A stretch of 64,000 nt of DNA, taken from NCBI RefSeq assembly GCF_009914755.1, contig NC_060931.1. One strand, given 5' to 3'. Source of the DNA: the human T2T-CHM13v2.0 reference genome, Homo sapiens. Shown here piece after piece: positions 40,322 through 56,989 of the stretch; position 1 is the first letter of the stretch; each line of letters begins with the position of its first letter. A program made the translations under genes and the position numbers. The notes beneath the pieces are model-generated. The model saw nothing but the letters and a program-made list of their open reading frames with translations. It was not told where the DNA came from and did not search any database.

Positions 40322-40828
40322 TGTTGGGAATAATGCTCAAAATCCTAAGGAAATTGAACACTCAAACCAAGGATTTTCAGCAAAGCAATTTTACTTCTGC
40401 ACAGAGGGGTGCTTCTCCCTGGCCAGTCGCCATGAGAGCACACCAGAACAAAGGGGCATGAGAGCCTCTATTCATGACGCAAACCCTGCCCCCGTACCCT
40501 TTCTCCATTGACTGGAGTGGGGCCGCACAATCTAAACTAACCGGTTTGGCTAAACATTTGAATTTTCTTTAGATAAGGTGGGCACGTAAGAGAGAGAGGA
40601 AACGGGGAAGAGGTGTCTGAAATGAGCTAGAGAACTAGTCTTCTGTCCAAATAAGGAAAGGAATGCAAGCTGGTACTGATAATGCCTGGTACTCTGGCAT
40701 GTCTGGGCATGTAACAAAGGCAGAAAGGAAGGAAAGAGGAGAAAAAGAGAAAGGGGGGAGGGGTATTGTGAATTAAAGAATAAAGGATTAATCAGGCTAT
40801 TCAAAGAGAAACCTCATCATATCCCACA
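40322..40828 (-). mobile_element. LTR10-type ERV1 solo LTR inserted in a MIR
   Basis: TG...CA ends; the minus strand starts tgtgggatatgatgaggtttctctt (recalled LTR10 subfamily start). Confidence 0.7.
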
Positions 40829-41118
40829 GTCATTAGGTACATGGGCTCAAAGAAACCTTACCTAGATTCATATTCTAGGTAGGTAGAATACTTACGTAGC
40901 TTTCTGTACCTGTTTTCTGATCTGTAAAATGAGATAATAATAATACATAGCTCGTAAAGTTGCTATAGGTATCAGAACAGTTATATTTTAAAAGAATTTA
41001 GTAAAGCCTGGCCATTGTAAACACTCAAATATTGGCTATGTGACTCCTACAGTTAATAGTGAGGACCCAAGCACTGAGTACTCTTCATGCTTTACTGGCC
41101 GTTCACATTACTTCATAT

Positions 41119-42059
<941 letters not shown>

Positions 42060-42063
42060 ATAT

Positions 42064-44160
42064 TCAAAATTACTGTTCCATAAGATTTATTGAATTTCTT
42101 CTTGCTGAGTTCGTTTTGTTTATATGTATATTCCTGATATACTTATTTAATAGAAAATATTTTTATTTTTACACAGTCTGTCAGCCAACATTTAACTTCA
42201 TCTTTGTTGTCTTATTTTGAAGTTACATCTTTAGTTTGATGTAGTCAAAGTTATCCATTCTTCCCTTTGTACTTTATGCTGTTTTGGGATTTTGTTTAAG
42301 AAAGCCCTTTCTACTCTGAACTCATAAAGACACTCAATTTTATAGATTTTGATTCTTTTGAATTTCTATTTCATTTTTTATATTTTACATTATTACATTT
42401 CATTTTACATTATTCGAATCGTTTGATAATCACTATAGTTTCTTGTGAAGTCTCTTCATTTGTCAGTACATTTTCTTAGACCTTTTATTTACACGATTAT
42501 CATCTACAAATATTGAGTTTTTATTTTTCCTAGCAATTCTTAATATCTTGTATGTCTTTTTCCAGTCTTTGCATTGTCAAAGACTTCTGTACCCTCTTGA
42601 ACAGTAGTGAGATAGTGGATTTCTTAATGTTTTTTTCTATCATTTTTGCCAACCATAGATGAAATCCTTCTAAAGTTTTTTTATTTAATGTTATTAATGC
42701 AATTTATTATTATGCCATTACATTAATAAAGTTCCCTTCTATGTAACTTTCTAAGAATATTGAAAAAGAAGACTTTTATTACTTTTTACTTTAGTAGGAT
42801 AATCCTACTGTTTTTTCTTTAAACAAAACACATTTTTTACTTGGTTGGAGAAAATTTTATTTATGACATTGGCATTGATATTCATAAATGAAATTGAACC
42901 ATAATTATATTTTCTAGAATACCTTTATTGGGTTGTGTAGCTATAATAGCCTCATCAAAATGATTTTAGCAGCTTTTCTTTAATTGTGTTTTCTACATCA
43001 ACTAGTGTACAATAGGAAGTAAAGGTGAATCACATGTAAAACTTTTTGGGCCTTGTATTTTGTAGGAGGGAAGTTTTTGCTTTTAAAACAATGTTGTTAA
43101 TTTAACATGTATTTAAGATTTTATATTTCTTACTGCATTAATGTTGGCATTTTTACATTTTCTAGAACTATATTCATTTTTCTTCAATTTCAAATTTATT
43201 GACATTTACTTGCTTAGATTATAACAAAAATGTCTTATATTTACTTATGAAAAGTCTAGAAATAAGAACTTTAAAAGATTCTGAAATATTATTGACCACT
43301 ATAAGCCAAGATATGATCAAATGCTAAAATTATACAATGTTCCCAGAAGAGTAGATTAAATTAGTGCTAAAACACAATGTTCAATTGATTTTTAATTTTA
43401 TGTGGAAAAATATGTTAAGCATTGCTAAGACAGAAAAAAAGCATTGAAGACCTGCCATAGCAGACATTAAAGGGAAACAAATAATTAGTGTGATATAAAA
43501 ACGCATTCTACAGATAAATGAATAAATAAGTTAGTAGATTAAATAGAAGATTAAGAAACAAAAATTTTACATTTGATAAATATCTTTCAAATCAGTATAT
43601 ATACATGATTTAACAAATCTTGTTAATAAATGTGGTTATAAATTTAGATTAAAATTATATCTTTAAATTATGTTATAACACAAATATATATTTCAGATGA
43701 AGTAAAGATCTAAGGAAAAAATACAAAGTTTCAAAATTATTGCAATAGAGTATATGAGAATGTTATTTAACATCACCTTAGGAAAGCTTTCCTAAGGAGA
43801 AAACAAAGAAGGAAAATAAATGGTATGTTTGCAACCCATCTAAGAGGAAAAATTAGCATACTTAACACACTAACACAAAATATGAGTTTAGTCGATATAT
43901 GTTCAAATAATATAGTAAGAAATTTCCAGAAGAAATAAAAATAGTAACAAATATATAGAAAAATGCTAAATTTCACTAATAACACAGAAATACAACTTTA
44001 AGAAAATGAGATATAATTTTCATGCATTAGACTGGAAATGAATTTTTAATGAAAAATTGTTAGAATTTAGTACTAAGATAAGGGAAATGGTCATTTTTGT
44101 CCACTGACTTAGAAAATATAATTTGGTGATATCCTTAAACCTTTAAAAAAAAATGAGTAA
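42064..44160. mobile_element. Degenerate old L1 fragments (minus ~42064-43200, plus ~43250-44160)
   Basis: T-rich then A-rich decayed L1 motifs (ttgtttaagaaagcccttt; atgctaaatttcactaataacacagaaatacaac). Confidence 0.6.
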
Positions 44161-44164
44161 AACC

Positions 44165-44743
<579 letters not shown>

Positions 44744-45458
44744 TTACAGAAATAGTAACGTGTACACAAAGAAAGATGTATGGAAGGTTATTAATGTATT
44801 ATTTGAATTTATGCATGTAAAGCATCTAAAAGTACCAAAAGAAGGAAATTGCATATTACTTAATGCAATGGAATGCAAAGCCATTATTTTTAATGAGGTA
44901 AATCCATACATACTTACCTGAAAGAATGTTCATAATCTATTAATACGATTTTGTTTAAATGAAAGGTAGCTGGATGCTGATATGCATTCCAGTTTGGCTG
45001 AAGTACCTGTGGGTAGATGTGTATGTGTGTTTATGTATGAATAACTGTAATGTGCCTTTACTGAGCATTTTACTAGCTGGTAAGAACTATTTCAAGAACT
45101 TTATTTGTGTTAACTCATTTCACCTTCATAACAATCCTATCACATAGTACTCCCATTTTAGAGATCATAAAATAGAGGTGCAAAGTAACTTGCCACAGCA
45201 TTGCTAGAAATCGCAGAACAGGAAACTGAACTCAGGACAGCTAGTTCCAGAGCCTGTGCTCTTAACCACTAATACAGAGAGAAATGGATGGAGGAACAGA
45301 AATGGTTGAATAGAGGAACAGAGATAGGCAGACAGACAGAAAGATAATGCATAGGCATGTCTATCAACTCAGCAATTTGAAAGGGATATCAAATTGTTAA
45401 AATGATATAACCTCCAAAAGATGGCATTTTAGGAGTCAATGATGGGCACTGACTTCTA

Positions 45459-45757
45459 TTTTTTTTTTTTTTTTTTGAGATGGAGTCTTGCTCTGTCGCC
45501 CAGGCTAGAGTGCAGTGGCGCGATCTTGGCTCACTGCAAGCTCCGCCTCCCGGGTTAAAGCCACTCTCCTGCCTCAGCCTCCTGAGTAGCTGAGACTACA
45601 GGCGCTCACCACCACGCCCGGCTAATTTTTTGTATTTTTAATAGAGACGGGGTTTCACCGTGTTGGCCAGGATAATCTCGATCTCCTGACCCCGTGATCT
45701 GCCCGCCTTGGTCTCCCAAAGTGCTGGGATTACAAGCGTGAGCCACAGTGCCGGGCC
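45459..45757 (-). mobile_element. AluY
   Basis: Full antisense Alu; TSD gggcactga(a)cttct. Confidence 0.97.
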
Positions 45758-47480
45758 AAGGGCACTGAACTTCTTAAATAACATAATACTTGTTAAAATA
45801 GAGAGCGAGCAAGAAAGACATGATTATGGATGAGTGTAATTGTTCTATAATTTTCACATAAAAATAAATGTCAAAATTATACAATTGAGTGATGCTACAA
45901 TGACATGGAGTATTTCTGTGCCTAACAAGTCAGGGTTTCCCAAATGGAAGGATGGAACTTTCGGGAATTCTGCTTTTAACCCCAACCACTCAAAGAAAAG
46001 ATATGTGTAGTATGAGTCCTAAACAAATTATAAATGGAAATGTACAGTATTATATCATGATCTTAATTTTGTGTAAAACGTTATCAGAGCATATCCCTAG
46101 GTTGTATGATTAGGGATAATTTTAATCTCATTTGTAATTGGTATTTTCAAAATTGTCTTCAGTAAACATGTGTAACCACAGCAATCAGAAAAAAATGCCA
46201 TGTAGGTACTGAGATAAAGAAATGGTGGGAAAACAAAAAGAATTCTCCCTCATGTTTACTGCCCCAAGTATCCCAATGCCCTAAGACTTCCTGGGTGAAG
46301 CAAATTGCTCTCCATCTTTCTTTAGTAGGCCTCAGCTAGAAGTGTGAGTACCAGCTGTCCAGGGAATACTTGTTAAGCTGTTTATTTTAAAATGCTGTCA
46401 TTTCAGGAGAGGAACTGGGTAGATACGGAGTTAATGAGGCTCCCTTTGCCAGCCTCAAAAGACACTGTTCTCTGAAGTATGTAAAATAAAGTATCTTCGG
46501 AAATCCTTTCAGTCAGTTTGCTTACTCCATAGAAGCCTGTGATTTCAAGCAAGCCTCAAGATATCAAGAGTAAAAGGAGTTACAGTCAAATTGCATAATT
46601 TCAACTCATATAAAGGGAGGTTGTGATAAAAAGAGAATTGGCTGAAGGAAGTTATTTCTGGCTAGCAGAAAATAATCTTCAAGCTTTAACTTTTAAAAAC
46701 AACCTTCTGTTTGGTTTAAATGAATTAATTAACCTTATTTTTGTAAGTATCTTTACAACAAAATGATAATCTGATCATATCTGATTTCCATCATTTTCTA
46801 TGGTTACACAGTTCTAGCATTCAAGTATTGTTGACTTAGTCCTTGAAAATCTGAAGTTATTTCTCACAAAGTGGTAATGCCAGGGCTACAAATAAGCAAG
46901 CAAAACAGAATAAATTGTTAATTGTGATTATTAGTAAAATAGAGACATTTAGAAAAATCAAGCAAAAAAGATGACACAGGCTCAAACACCATTAGCCTCA
47001 ATTTTATTATATTTTAGACGATATGATCTCCATTTATACAAATATAATTTTAAAGGAAAAAAATACATTTAAATCATAAATTTTCATAAACTTTCATCCT
47101 CAACCTTTCTTTTGGTCATAAGCATTCTTCAATGTATAAACTTCTAAAGTAATGATAATGTCTTCTGTAAATAATCAAACATGGGTTAGAAATTGCTTTC
47201 ATAATAAAATACTGCATGACAGTATTCAGAAGAAATGTCAAATCAACCAACTATGACCTGCTGTAGTAAGTAGGTTTACAAAAATGGACCATATATCACA
47301 CCAGCAGACATTCAACAGCAATAAAACCTTCACTTTAGTACTGAACCTTGGACTATGATAGTTCATGGCTCAGTATTACTTTATAGTTATAGTGTTATGT
47401 GTAGTTTAAAAATAATTGACTTATGAAAGGGAAGGTCCAAAATCCTGATTGAAGCTTTTTTTTAAATGAATGCTTTTTTG

Positions 47481-47822
<342 letters not shown>

Positions 47823-49526
47823 TCAAAAGGATAAAAATACACTTCCCTGGAATGTATTTTCACTTCTAAGTGAAGCTTTGATAGGTACTGGGAAAAAGGG
47901 TGCTTGCTGATTATCAACTGACTTTGTTGATTGTGTGCTTAGGGCTTTGACATACATAATCTCTTTTAATCCTCACAATGCTCAGGTCCCCTGATTCCAG
48001 GTTCCATGCTTATACCCTCAAATAATTTGGTAAAACAAACGTTAAGTTATTACAATTTAGCAGGACTACCACTAAAAGAAATGTATTTTTAATTACATTA
48101 TTTCATTATTTACATAACAAAAAGAAAGCAAATAAATAGCACATTCAAAGCATTTACCTCTCCTGGGGGAAAAAAAAGTGCAGTCCCTGTCTTTCGTATG
48201 TTTAGTTTCAACAATTCTGGGATCACGATGCAATGATATAAATAAAATGTCTCTCAACTCTGAGATTCTATCCCTGAGGAATGAAGATCGCTTGAAGCTG
48301 ATTCATTTTTCCCAACCCATTTTAGTGAATTGCACAATACATCAATTATATTATTTGACATTGTTTTTTATTCAGAAGAATAACATATGCAACATTCCCC
48401 TCTAGGTATTAATATTCTAGAACACTTACCTTGAGTCCAATCACATTGGCCCCAAACCTCAAACCTCCTGACTCTTGGTAAAGACTTATTCACATTGGGT
48501 GTTTCTCCTTGGACTCAGGTTTGTAAATTGATGAAAATATAAATGTAATTTAATGTAAAACAAACAATTCAATCATATCTAGTCAGCATGTATTACCATA
48601 AAGCCAGGGAATCAAATAATGAGTCATGAATCTCTAAGTGAACCTTCAAACTTGAGAGAGAAAACACACTTCAGAGTGTGGGAGCTGCTATGATGTAAGC
48701 AGATCTGGAGTGCTGGGAGCACAGAGGATGCTGGAGTTTAATGGATCCGGGGGAATCATGACCCTAAGGAAGCAGACTTTAAAGAATTAGGAACTTTAAC
48801 AGACAGATATGGAAGAAGGGCAATAACACAAATGGAAGGAAATTATTTACTTTTAGGAAACTAGGGTATGAGAGAGGAAGAGAAAATAAAGGCCTGGAAA
48901 GGAAACTGGCACTTGGTTTTGGAGACGATTTTTTTGTGTAGAAAATGGGCAGTCCTTATCTGGACTCTGGAAACATTATTCGTTGAAGATTGAATTTGGA
49001 GAAATGAATTAATCACTTGTTAGTCTCAGTGGAGTTTACTGCCACTTCCTATGTACCAGGTACTTTTCCAGGTTTATATGTATTTATCCATTTAATCCTC
49101 ATGACAATTCTACAAGGAAATTTCTGTCAGTATCCCCATTCCACAGATGAGAAAACTGAGACACATAATGTTTAGTAACTTGCCCCAGCTCAGTGAGCTG
49201 AAATGGGGGAGAACAAGGATTCAACCTAGGTCAAAGCCATATTTTAAGTTAGGCCGCTTAACTTTCACTGCATGTCTCTACTGAAGATCAGAGGAGGAGC
49301 AAGAGAGTAGGCTACTAGGGATGGATTGGGTTGTTGATTGAATATGGAGATAGAGAGTGTTAGGTCAAAATTAAATGATGCTGTTAGTGAAATTAGAAAA
49401 AAATAGAAGTATGTTTGGATAAAACGATAAGATTGTTGTGAGTATGTTGAACCTGACCTCAGCAGGACCAATCAGGTAGCTATATCTATCAGGGAGTTGG
49501 AAGTTTAGATCTGGAGCTCACTTAGC

Positions 49527-50233
<707 letters not shown>

Positions 50234-51605
50234 GCCTCACACTAGCTCTGGCCTAACCTAGAGGGAATTTCACTTTCATCTATGCCAAAGCTTCTTTTTA
50301 TTTCTTCAACAAAGAAATGATCACTGAAATTGAAACTGAAATTGAGACACCTCTGGTTTTTAAATTATCTTAAGTCTAGAGCACCAGTTCTTATATTTTT
50401 TTTCGTCAGGAGGAAGAGAACACATGATTTCAGTCTACAGATAAGGAAACTGAGACCTAATGGCTCAAAGTTAAAACTAAGTTTCTTAGTGCTGCATGGG
50501 ACATACTAGATCAGAAGCTTCTCTAGATACAACCTTGAAGAAAATAAAATTATAAAGTATGCTTCAGGGAAAAACACCTGGCCAAATAATTTAGATTGAA
50601 AGAATACGTTTTTGGGAAGAGCAAGTACTTTTGAATGAGAGAGAGAACTTGAATTCCCTTTGGCTACTCATCAGCTGGGTGACTGACCTACGGCAAACTC
50701 CAAAGCTTCAGTTCCCTCATCAATAAAATGAGGCTTCATATCCACCTCTCACTGTTTTGGTCAGGAGACAAAAAAAGAATGTAGCTAATAAAATTTATCC
50801 ATCAGGATCTCAACTTACAACAGAGCATGCATGCAAAATAGGAAAATTCCAGGAGATTTTTAGGAAGCTATATACAAAAGAACAGAGGCAGAGAAAACAA
50901 AAGGAATAAAACATGTGAGGGGAGAGTTGCTATAACCCAACAGGAGACAAAAAGTCAGACACAGTTATTCGCCTTTAAAAGAACAGTGACTTTTTGCTGA
51001 AGGAGCCAAGGAAATAAATACTCCAGCCTCACTCTCTTTTCTCCCTCTGGTCTCCAACCAAGCCTCAAGCCAGAGGACATCAGAGCCCACTTGATTTAGC
51101 TCTTGTAGATCAACCTCAAGGGAAGGTGGAAGGGTGCAGGATAGAGAAGATATCTAAAGGAGCAAAAGGAAGCTCACCACCACATAAAAATTGTTCCTAA
51201 TTATTGAGTGTTTTCTGTGTAACAGACACAAATACCTTATATGTGTCGACTCATTTAAACCAAATAATCTTATAAGGCAAATATTATTATTTTCCCATTT
51301 TAGAGATGAGGAACATGAGGCTGGCTGTGTGTAGTTAAGTAACTTCCTGAAAGTCTCAGAACTAAGGATGAAAGCAGGAATTGAATCAAGGTAATGTGTA
51401 CTATAGCCTGTTATTGTCAAAGATCAGTAAGTGGTAGTAATTGGTTTCATAATTATCGTCACTACATAAAAGCTATTTAATCCCAACCAATTATATTTCC
51501 AGGGTTTTATCTCAATTATAATACTGCGAATGCATAATAAAGTATGTTCAATATGCTATTTGTAACACTGTATTGGCAAAATATACACAAAATTTAAATG
51601 CCTAG

Positions 51606-52168
51606 TGTTGGGGCTCAGAAACCAATACCACAAAATGTGACACTTTGACATGCTGAAATGAAGAAGGCTTAAGTTTTCTTTGACCTTCCTTCACCAATCC
51701 TCTCTTTCCCAAAGCACAGAATGAAGGTATTCTCTGAAGTTCCCTTATCTGCCTAAAGTCTCGACTTGCCAAAGAAGAAAACAGTTACCTCTGGTCTCTT
51801 CCCTGACTTTCCACAAACTGAACTCATATTGCAGAAAGAAAGACTGAAGTCTGTCAACACACACGGAGAGCTCTGCAGGCTTAACATACTTTGTCTCAGG
51901 CCACTGTATGTTCTTCAAACACATTGAATTCCCCTAAAAATCATTTTCTAACCCCCCAAATCACCCATACATCACCCATCTGCCTTTCCTCTAATAAGGA
52001 GGTACAACCCTCTGTACCTCATTGGGATATTGGCCAATCACTCTGTGATTCTCCCCCATGCCCGCTGATAAATTTGTATGCCATTTGTCCTGTTAATCTG
52101 CCTTTTGTGACTTGATTTTTCAGTGAAACTTCAGAGGGTAGAGGGGAAGTTTTCCCTTGGCCCCTACA
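51606..52168 (+). mobile_element. MER39-type ERV1 solo LTR within old L1 3' sequence
   Basis: tgttggggctcagaaaccaatacc ... gggaagttttcccttggcccctaca; TSD ctag/ctat. Confidence 0.8.
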
Positions 52169-52271
52169 CTATGAACTGAGATAGACAAAATAAATTAGTA
52201 TGTTTATAAAGTGGAATACCATATGGTCAGTAAAAACCGGTAGCTCTATGAGTACTGTGTGTTGATACACA

Positions 52272-52272
<1 letters not shown>

Positions 52273-52316
<44 letters not shown>
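52273..52316. repeat. (AC)~22 microsatellite about 1.5 kb upstream of SCIN
   Basis: Direct reading. Confidence 0.98.
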
Positions 52317-52318
<2 letters not shown>

Positions 52319-53582
52319 GGGGGGATTCGAAAAGGTTATATGTTACATTTTCTGTTAAAAATTTAAAATAACTACATTACCTATATTCTTGTTGACAAAA
52401 TTTGAGTGCCTGGAAAAATACATAAGAAACTGGTAACGTAATTGCCTTTGGGGAAAGCAACTGGGTGGCAGGGTGAAATGGAGATAATTTTTTATTGCAC
52501 ACATTTTGTACTTTTAATTTTTTTACCATGGTCATGTAATAACCTATTAAAAACATAATTTAATTAAGGAAAAAAATCTAATTTTGCATTATTATTGACC
52601 TTCCAGGGATTCATGTAATTTGAGAAATTGAATGAAAACAATTTTACATGCATGAAATTCAGCTTTCTTACTCTATACATCCTGAGTGATTTGCCTTTTT
52701 CAGTAACAGAATCCTTTGCTATACCAGCTTGTTAAATGAATGCCAAATCAAGAGTAAAATTTCCATCTGTATTCCATAGTGTTTTAGCCATGCTGCAAAA
52801 GCAAAACCTGTAGGTAAAACAAAGAAAATTATCACCTTGAAGCTAGGTAACAGGTAACCCAGAAGTCCGGCCAAGCATAAAATTACAGCCACAAACAGCC
52901 CTGCAGAGAACATCTCAGGACGGCGGCTGCTGGGTTTTTGTTGTTGTTTTCATCTTTCTTGGCCAAAGGAAGCAGGTGTTAAGAGAGCTCAACCACAGCT
53001 CCTGAACTCTGAGATTTACAGAGCTCTGTCACCTGGGGTAATACTGCCATTCTTCCAGGTTTTCTTCCTGTCCAAGAAATCTGACATGCTGTTTTTCATG
53101 GTATTTTCAAACTGGAAGATCGAGACAGAAACTTTGGTCGTCAGGAATGCAGAGATTGCCCAATGAAATGACAGAATTGATCATTAGGATGCTTGTTACT
53201 CAAAAAGCCCATTTTTTAAAGAAGGATGTATTAAAATTATTCCAGCATGCTAATGTGGCACACTCCTCTGCTGCCTAACGGCAGGTGTTGCTATTAGCAG
53301 AGGAAGCCTTGTTCTAAGAATTATTCTAGAGGGCCAGAAAGAACAGGTATTGCTCCACCCGAGTAAACGCTGACTCAACTCTGCAGGGCTGGCGCGCTCT
53401 TTCCTCACCTCACCCCTCCTGCCAGGCACAACTGAGATCCAGAAATAAGAGGATTAGCGAGAGAAGGGGAAATATGCAGGACGGTAGTGATGGGTATGCA
53501 CAAAGGAGTGCCAAGCAGTTTTAACCGTTAATGTTCTTCGTCTATTGCTAGAGAAAATGTCTTTCCTTGGAGGAGGCATTGG

Positions 53583-54520
53583 CACGAGTTACTATAAACT
53601 CCCTCTGAATCTCAAGACTTCTGGGACGCCGATTCCGCTCCTGGCCTGGGGCAAGGCGTGGGAGCTTGGAAGCCAGCGCTGCGCTCCCCGTGGGAAGCGA
53701 TCGTCTCCTCTGTCAACTCGCGCCTGGGCACTTAGCCCCTCCCGTTTCAGGGCGCCGCCTCCCCGGATGGCAAACACTATAAAGTGGCGGCGAATAAGGT
53801 TCCTCCTGCTGCTCTCGGTTTAGTCCAAGATCAGCGATATCACGCGTCCCCCGGAGCATCGCGTGCAGGAGCCATGGCGCGGGAGCTATACCACGAAGAG
53901 TTCGCCCGGGCGGGCAAGCAGGCGGGGCTGCAGGTCTGGAGGATTGAGAAGCTGGAGCTGGTGCCCGTGCCCCAGAGCGCTCACGGCGACTTCTACGTCG
54001 GGGATGCCTACCTGGTGCTGCACACGGCCAAGACGAGCCGAGGCTTCACCTACCACCTGCACTTCTGGCTCGGTAAGGGACGGCGGGCGGCGGGACCCCG
54101 ACGCACCAAGGCCGGCGAGGGGAGGGCGTAGGGGTCTGAGATTTGCAGGCGTGGGAGTAAAGGGGACCGCAAACTGAGCTAGCCACTCGCGCCCCCACGG
54201 GGCTGCCCTTTGGGGCCGGCCACTTTCTCCCTACCGAAGTCAACTCGCCGGCTGCAAACGCGGGGCTCAGGCGTTGTCCGCAATTGACTTACCTCGCAGG
54301 CTTTGACCTTTGCCAGGTGTAGTTCCTGGACTTTGGAGCTGGTGACTGGCTTCTTCCCCTTTCACCGTCAAGTATCCAAACGCCACTCTTGTCCAGGGCC
54401 GCTGCCTCAGCGCACACCGTCTCTGGCCAAGCCCCGCTCACCTTCCGACAAACTCAGTCCTGCTTTCCCTGTCGGGATGGAGAGGAAGTCATAAAGTCTG
54501 GGGGCATCTGCCGCCGCTAG
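53583..54520. promoter_or_regulatory. SCIN: CpG island / SCIN promoter with TATA box TATAAA at 53778-53783
   Basis: Dense CpG, GC-box-like ggcgccgcctccccc, TATA about 95 nt before the ATG, AP-1 site TGACTCA at 53371-53377. Confidence 0.85.
53874..54072 (+). CDS. SCIN: Scinderin/adseverin coding exon 1 (199 nt)
   Basis: Kozak gcc[53 protein letters not shown]...HFWLG is gelsolin-like domain 1. Donor G|gtaagg. Confidence 0.98.
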
Positions 54521-56989
54521 GAAGAAGTCCTTTTCTTTTTCTTCACACATTATTTTTATTTGTTGCTTTCGGGCACTGGCTTATTTTCTCTATGATTGCG
54601 GGAATTATTGTTCTGGGCTTCTTTAAAACAGGATTCTACCCGCACCATGCTGCTTGTGGGTCTGGTAGACAAAAACTCCGCTTCATTCGGAAGCTGGCGT
54701 CCTCAGATAGAAGTAAGAAAAAAATACAGATATTTTATATACAAATAAATAGCTCTATATGGGTATTTCATATATTTATGTAGACTGCTTTATTGTTATT
54801 ATTTATTATTTATTTTAGCAAGGACACAAGATGGAACAGAAACGGCTCCTTCAGCAGTAGTAATTATTTTGAGCTGCGTTCGTGCCAGGCTGTCAGGACA
54901 CTGGGCCTTGTGTGTTCTTTTTCCACCTTCTACTTTTACTCATAAACATCCTGAATGTCCAGCCTCTCCCCAGGAGGTCTTGTGCCAGTGGGCACACCCT
55001 GTCTAACAACATGCCGATTCTCTGAGCCTTTTTGCCTTCTTTTAAAACTAGCTAGCCTGCCCAGTACTCGTGTTTGTTTAGTTTTATCCCTGAGCTTAGG
55101 AGGAAAACACACAAAACCACACACACTTACACATTTTTGAGTCCCTGAAAGCCAACACTGTAATTTCCAACATTTGAAGATTTTAAGAAACAAAATAATA
55201 GAAAACATTGAGTAGTGACTGTCTAAACATTGGCAAACACCTGGAACAGGCATTTGAGAAATGAGAAATGAAAAATACGTAGATGAAGATAAGACTTTTA
55301 ATTATAACATTTGGAGTCAAAAATTTGTGTTAGCTTGAGGAGGCAGAGAAGGCTCAGCCTGAGTTCTGAACACATTTTGGCTTCTTGATGCATTGCTGTT
55401 ATTCCTATTATAATGTTGTAATACACAGTCATCTATTTGTATTTTCTGCCAGAAAAGACTGAAACTTTTATAACCCATGTTCAAGAATGAATGATGCCAG
55501 ATAGAATAATGATGTCCTTACAGAGGACTTTCCATGCAGAACTTAAATCTAGCATGAATGAAAGTGTTTGAAATGCCACATTTGCCATTTGAGTAAATTA
55601 AAATGTGAAATAATGCCATATCTTACTGTAGACAGCAGTTAAGTTTGACTTTGTCAGATGACCGCAAGGGAGATTTGAACACAATTCTTTAATTCTATAC
55701 ATTTTTATCCAAGTTGTCCTCTTAACTACTATATTTTGTAGGGTTTACAGATTCACCTTATTCACTTAATTATCTACTTAATTATCCACTTGATGCCCAT
55801 AAATTTCAAAAATATAATAGAAAATGGTTTGGGCAGAAACATTTATAATCTTAAAGACATGCTAAAACTGAAGTCAATAACATGTTAATAACAAGCAAAT
55901 TCATTCAGTAATTATTCAATATGGCCAGTACTGTACAAGGCACTTGTGGATATGAATAATTAATGAAACTTCTCTAAAAGTTCATCACCTCAAAGGTGCA
56001 AAAAGACAAAAAGTGATATAACACAGGTAGAATGTGATAATTACTGTGAAAGCACAAAGTTTCTGTGGTTATTGGGAAACAGAAGCCTTTAGAGAAAAAA
56101 AAAATGAGAGTACTTGGAAGTGTTCTTGTGTCAAGAGAGAATTATGGAGAGAAAAAAAGCTTCAAGTAAAATAGTCAACAGGACTTTCAGATGGGATTGC
56201 CCAACAGCTCTTCCTACTTCAGTTCCCTAAGAAAACAGAATTTCATCCAAAATAGTGTAGTCTAAGACCTAAATTAGGATGAATCCATGAGGATTCATCA
56301 GAGAGACAGATTGAGAGAAAGTCACAGGAGAGAGAGCTGAACTTCCAGGGGAAAAGAACATTTGGTTAAAGGAAATCAGCCGGAAGAAAGAGAAACTAAA
56401 GTTAAACTGAGATGAAAAAAGGTGCATAGCATAGAAATGAAGAAACAGGCCAAATGGGAGGCAAAAAGGGGAAACAGGAAGAAGTTGGACCTAGAACAAG
56501 AGAGAACAGAGCGGGAGAGTCGTCTTTCTTGGTCTCTCCCTCAGTGTTTCCATAACACTTGGCATATCTCAGATTATTTTATTGTATTAACATTACATGC
56601 TTGAATGTATTAACATCATATGCTTAAATGTAATGAAAGTAAAAATTTATTGCAAAGAACTTAAATGTTATTGCATTAGCCCTTCTTTAAAAACATTTCA
56701 GCTTTGCACCTAGCAGTTTAAATGCATCCATTCACCTCTGTTTGTAGTTCCTTATAGCACCAAATCAATGGGTAGGTCTAGATAGTAAAACTGCTCCCTG
56801 TCACATCCCTAACCTAAGGTACAAACACTTATCCTCACTCTTTCTCTTTGCCAGTTTTAAACTTCACACAAATATATTTTAAAGCAGTATACATTTATGT
56901 TATAAGTGGGCTATACCAGGCCTTGTGCAATGCCCTGGGAATCCAAAGGATTGGATTACAATATACGATACAAAGAACTTATACGAAGG

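Noticed and set aside
53784-53873. In-frame N-terminal extension of SCIN from GTG 53784
   Set aside because: The GTG abuts the TATA box and so is probably upstream of the TATA-directed start site. The ATG at 53874 has a strong Kozak context and gives the familiar N-terminus.
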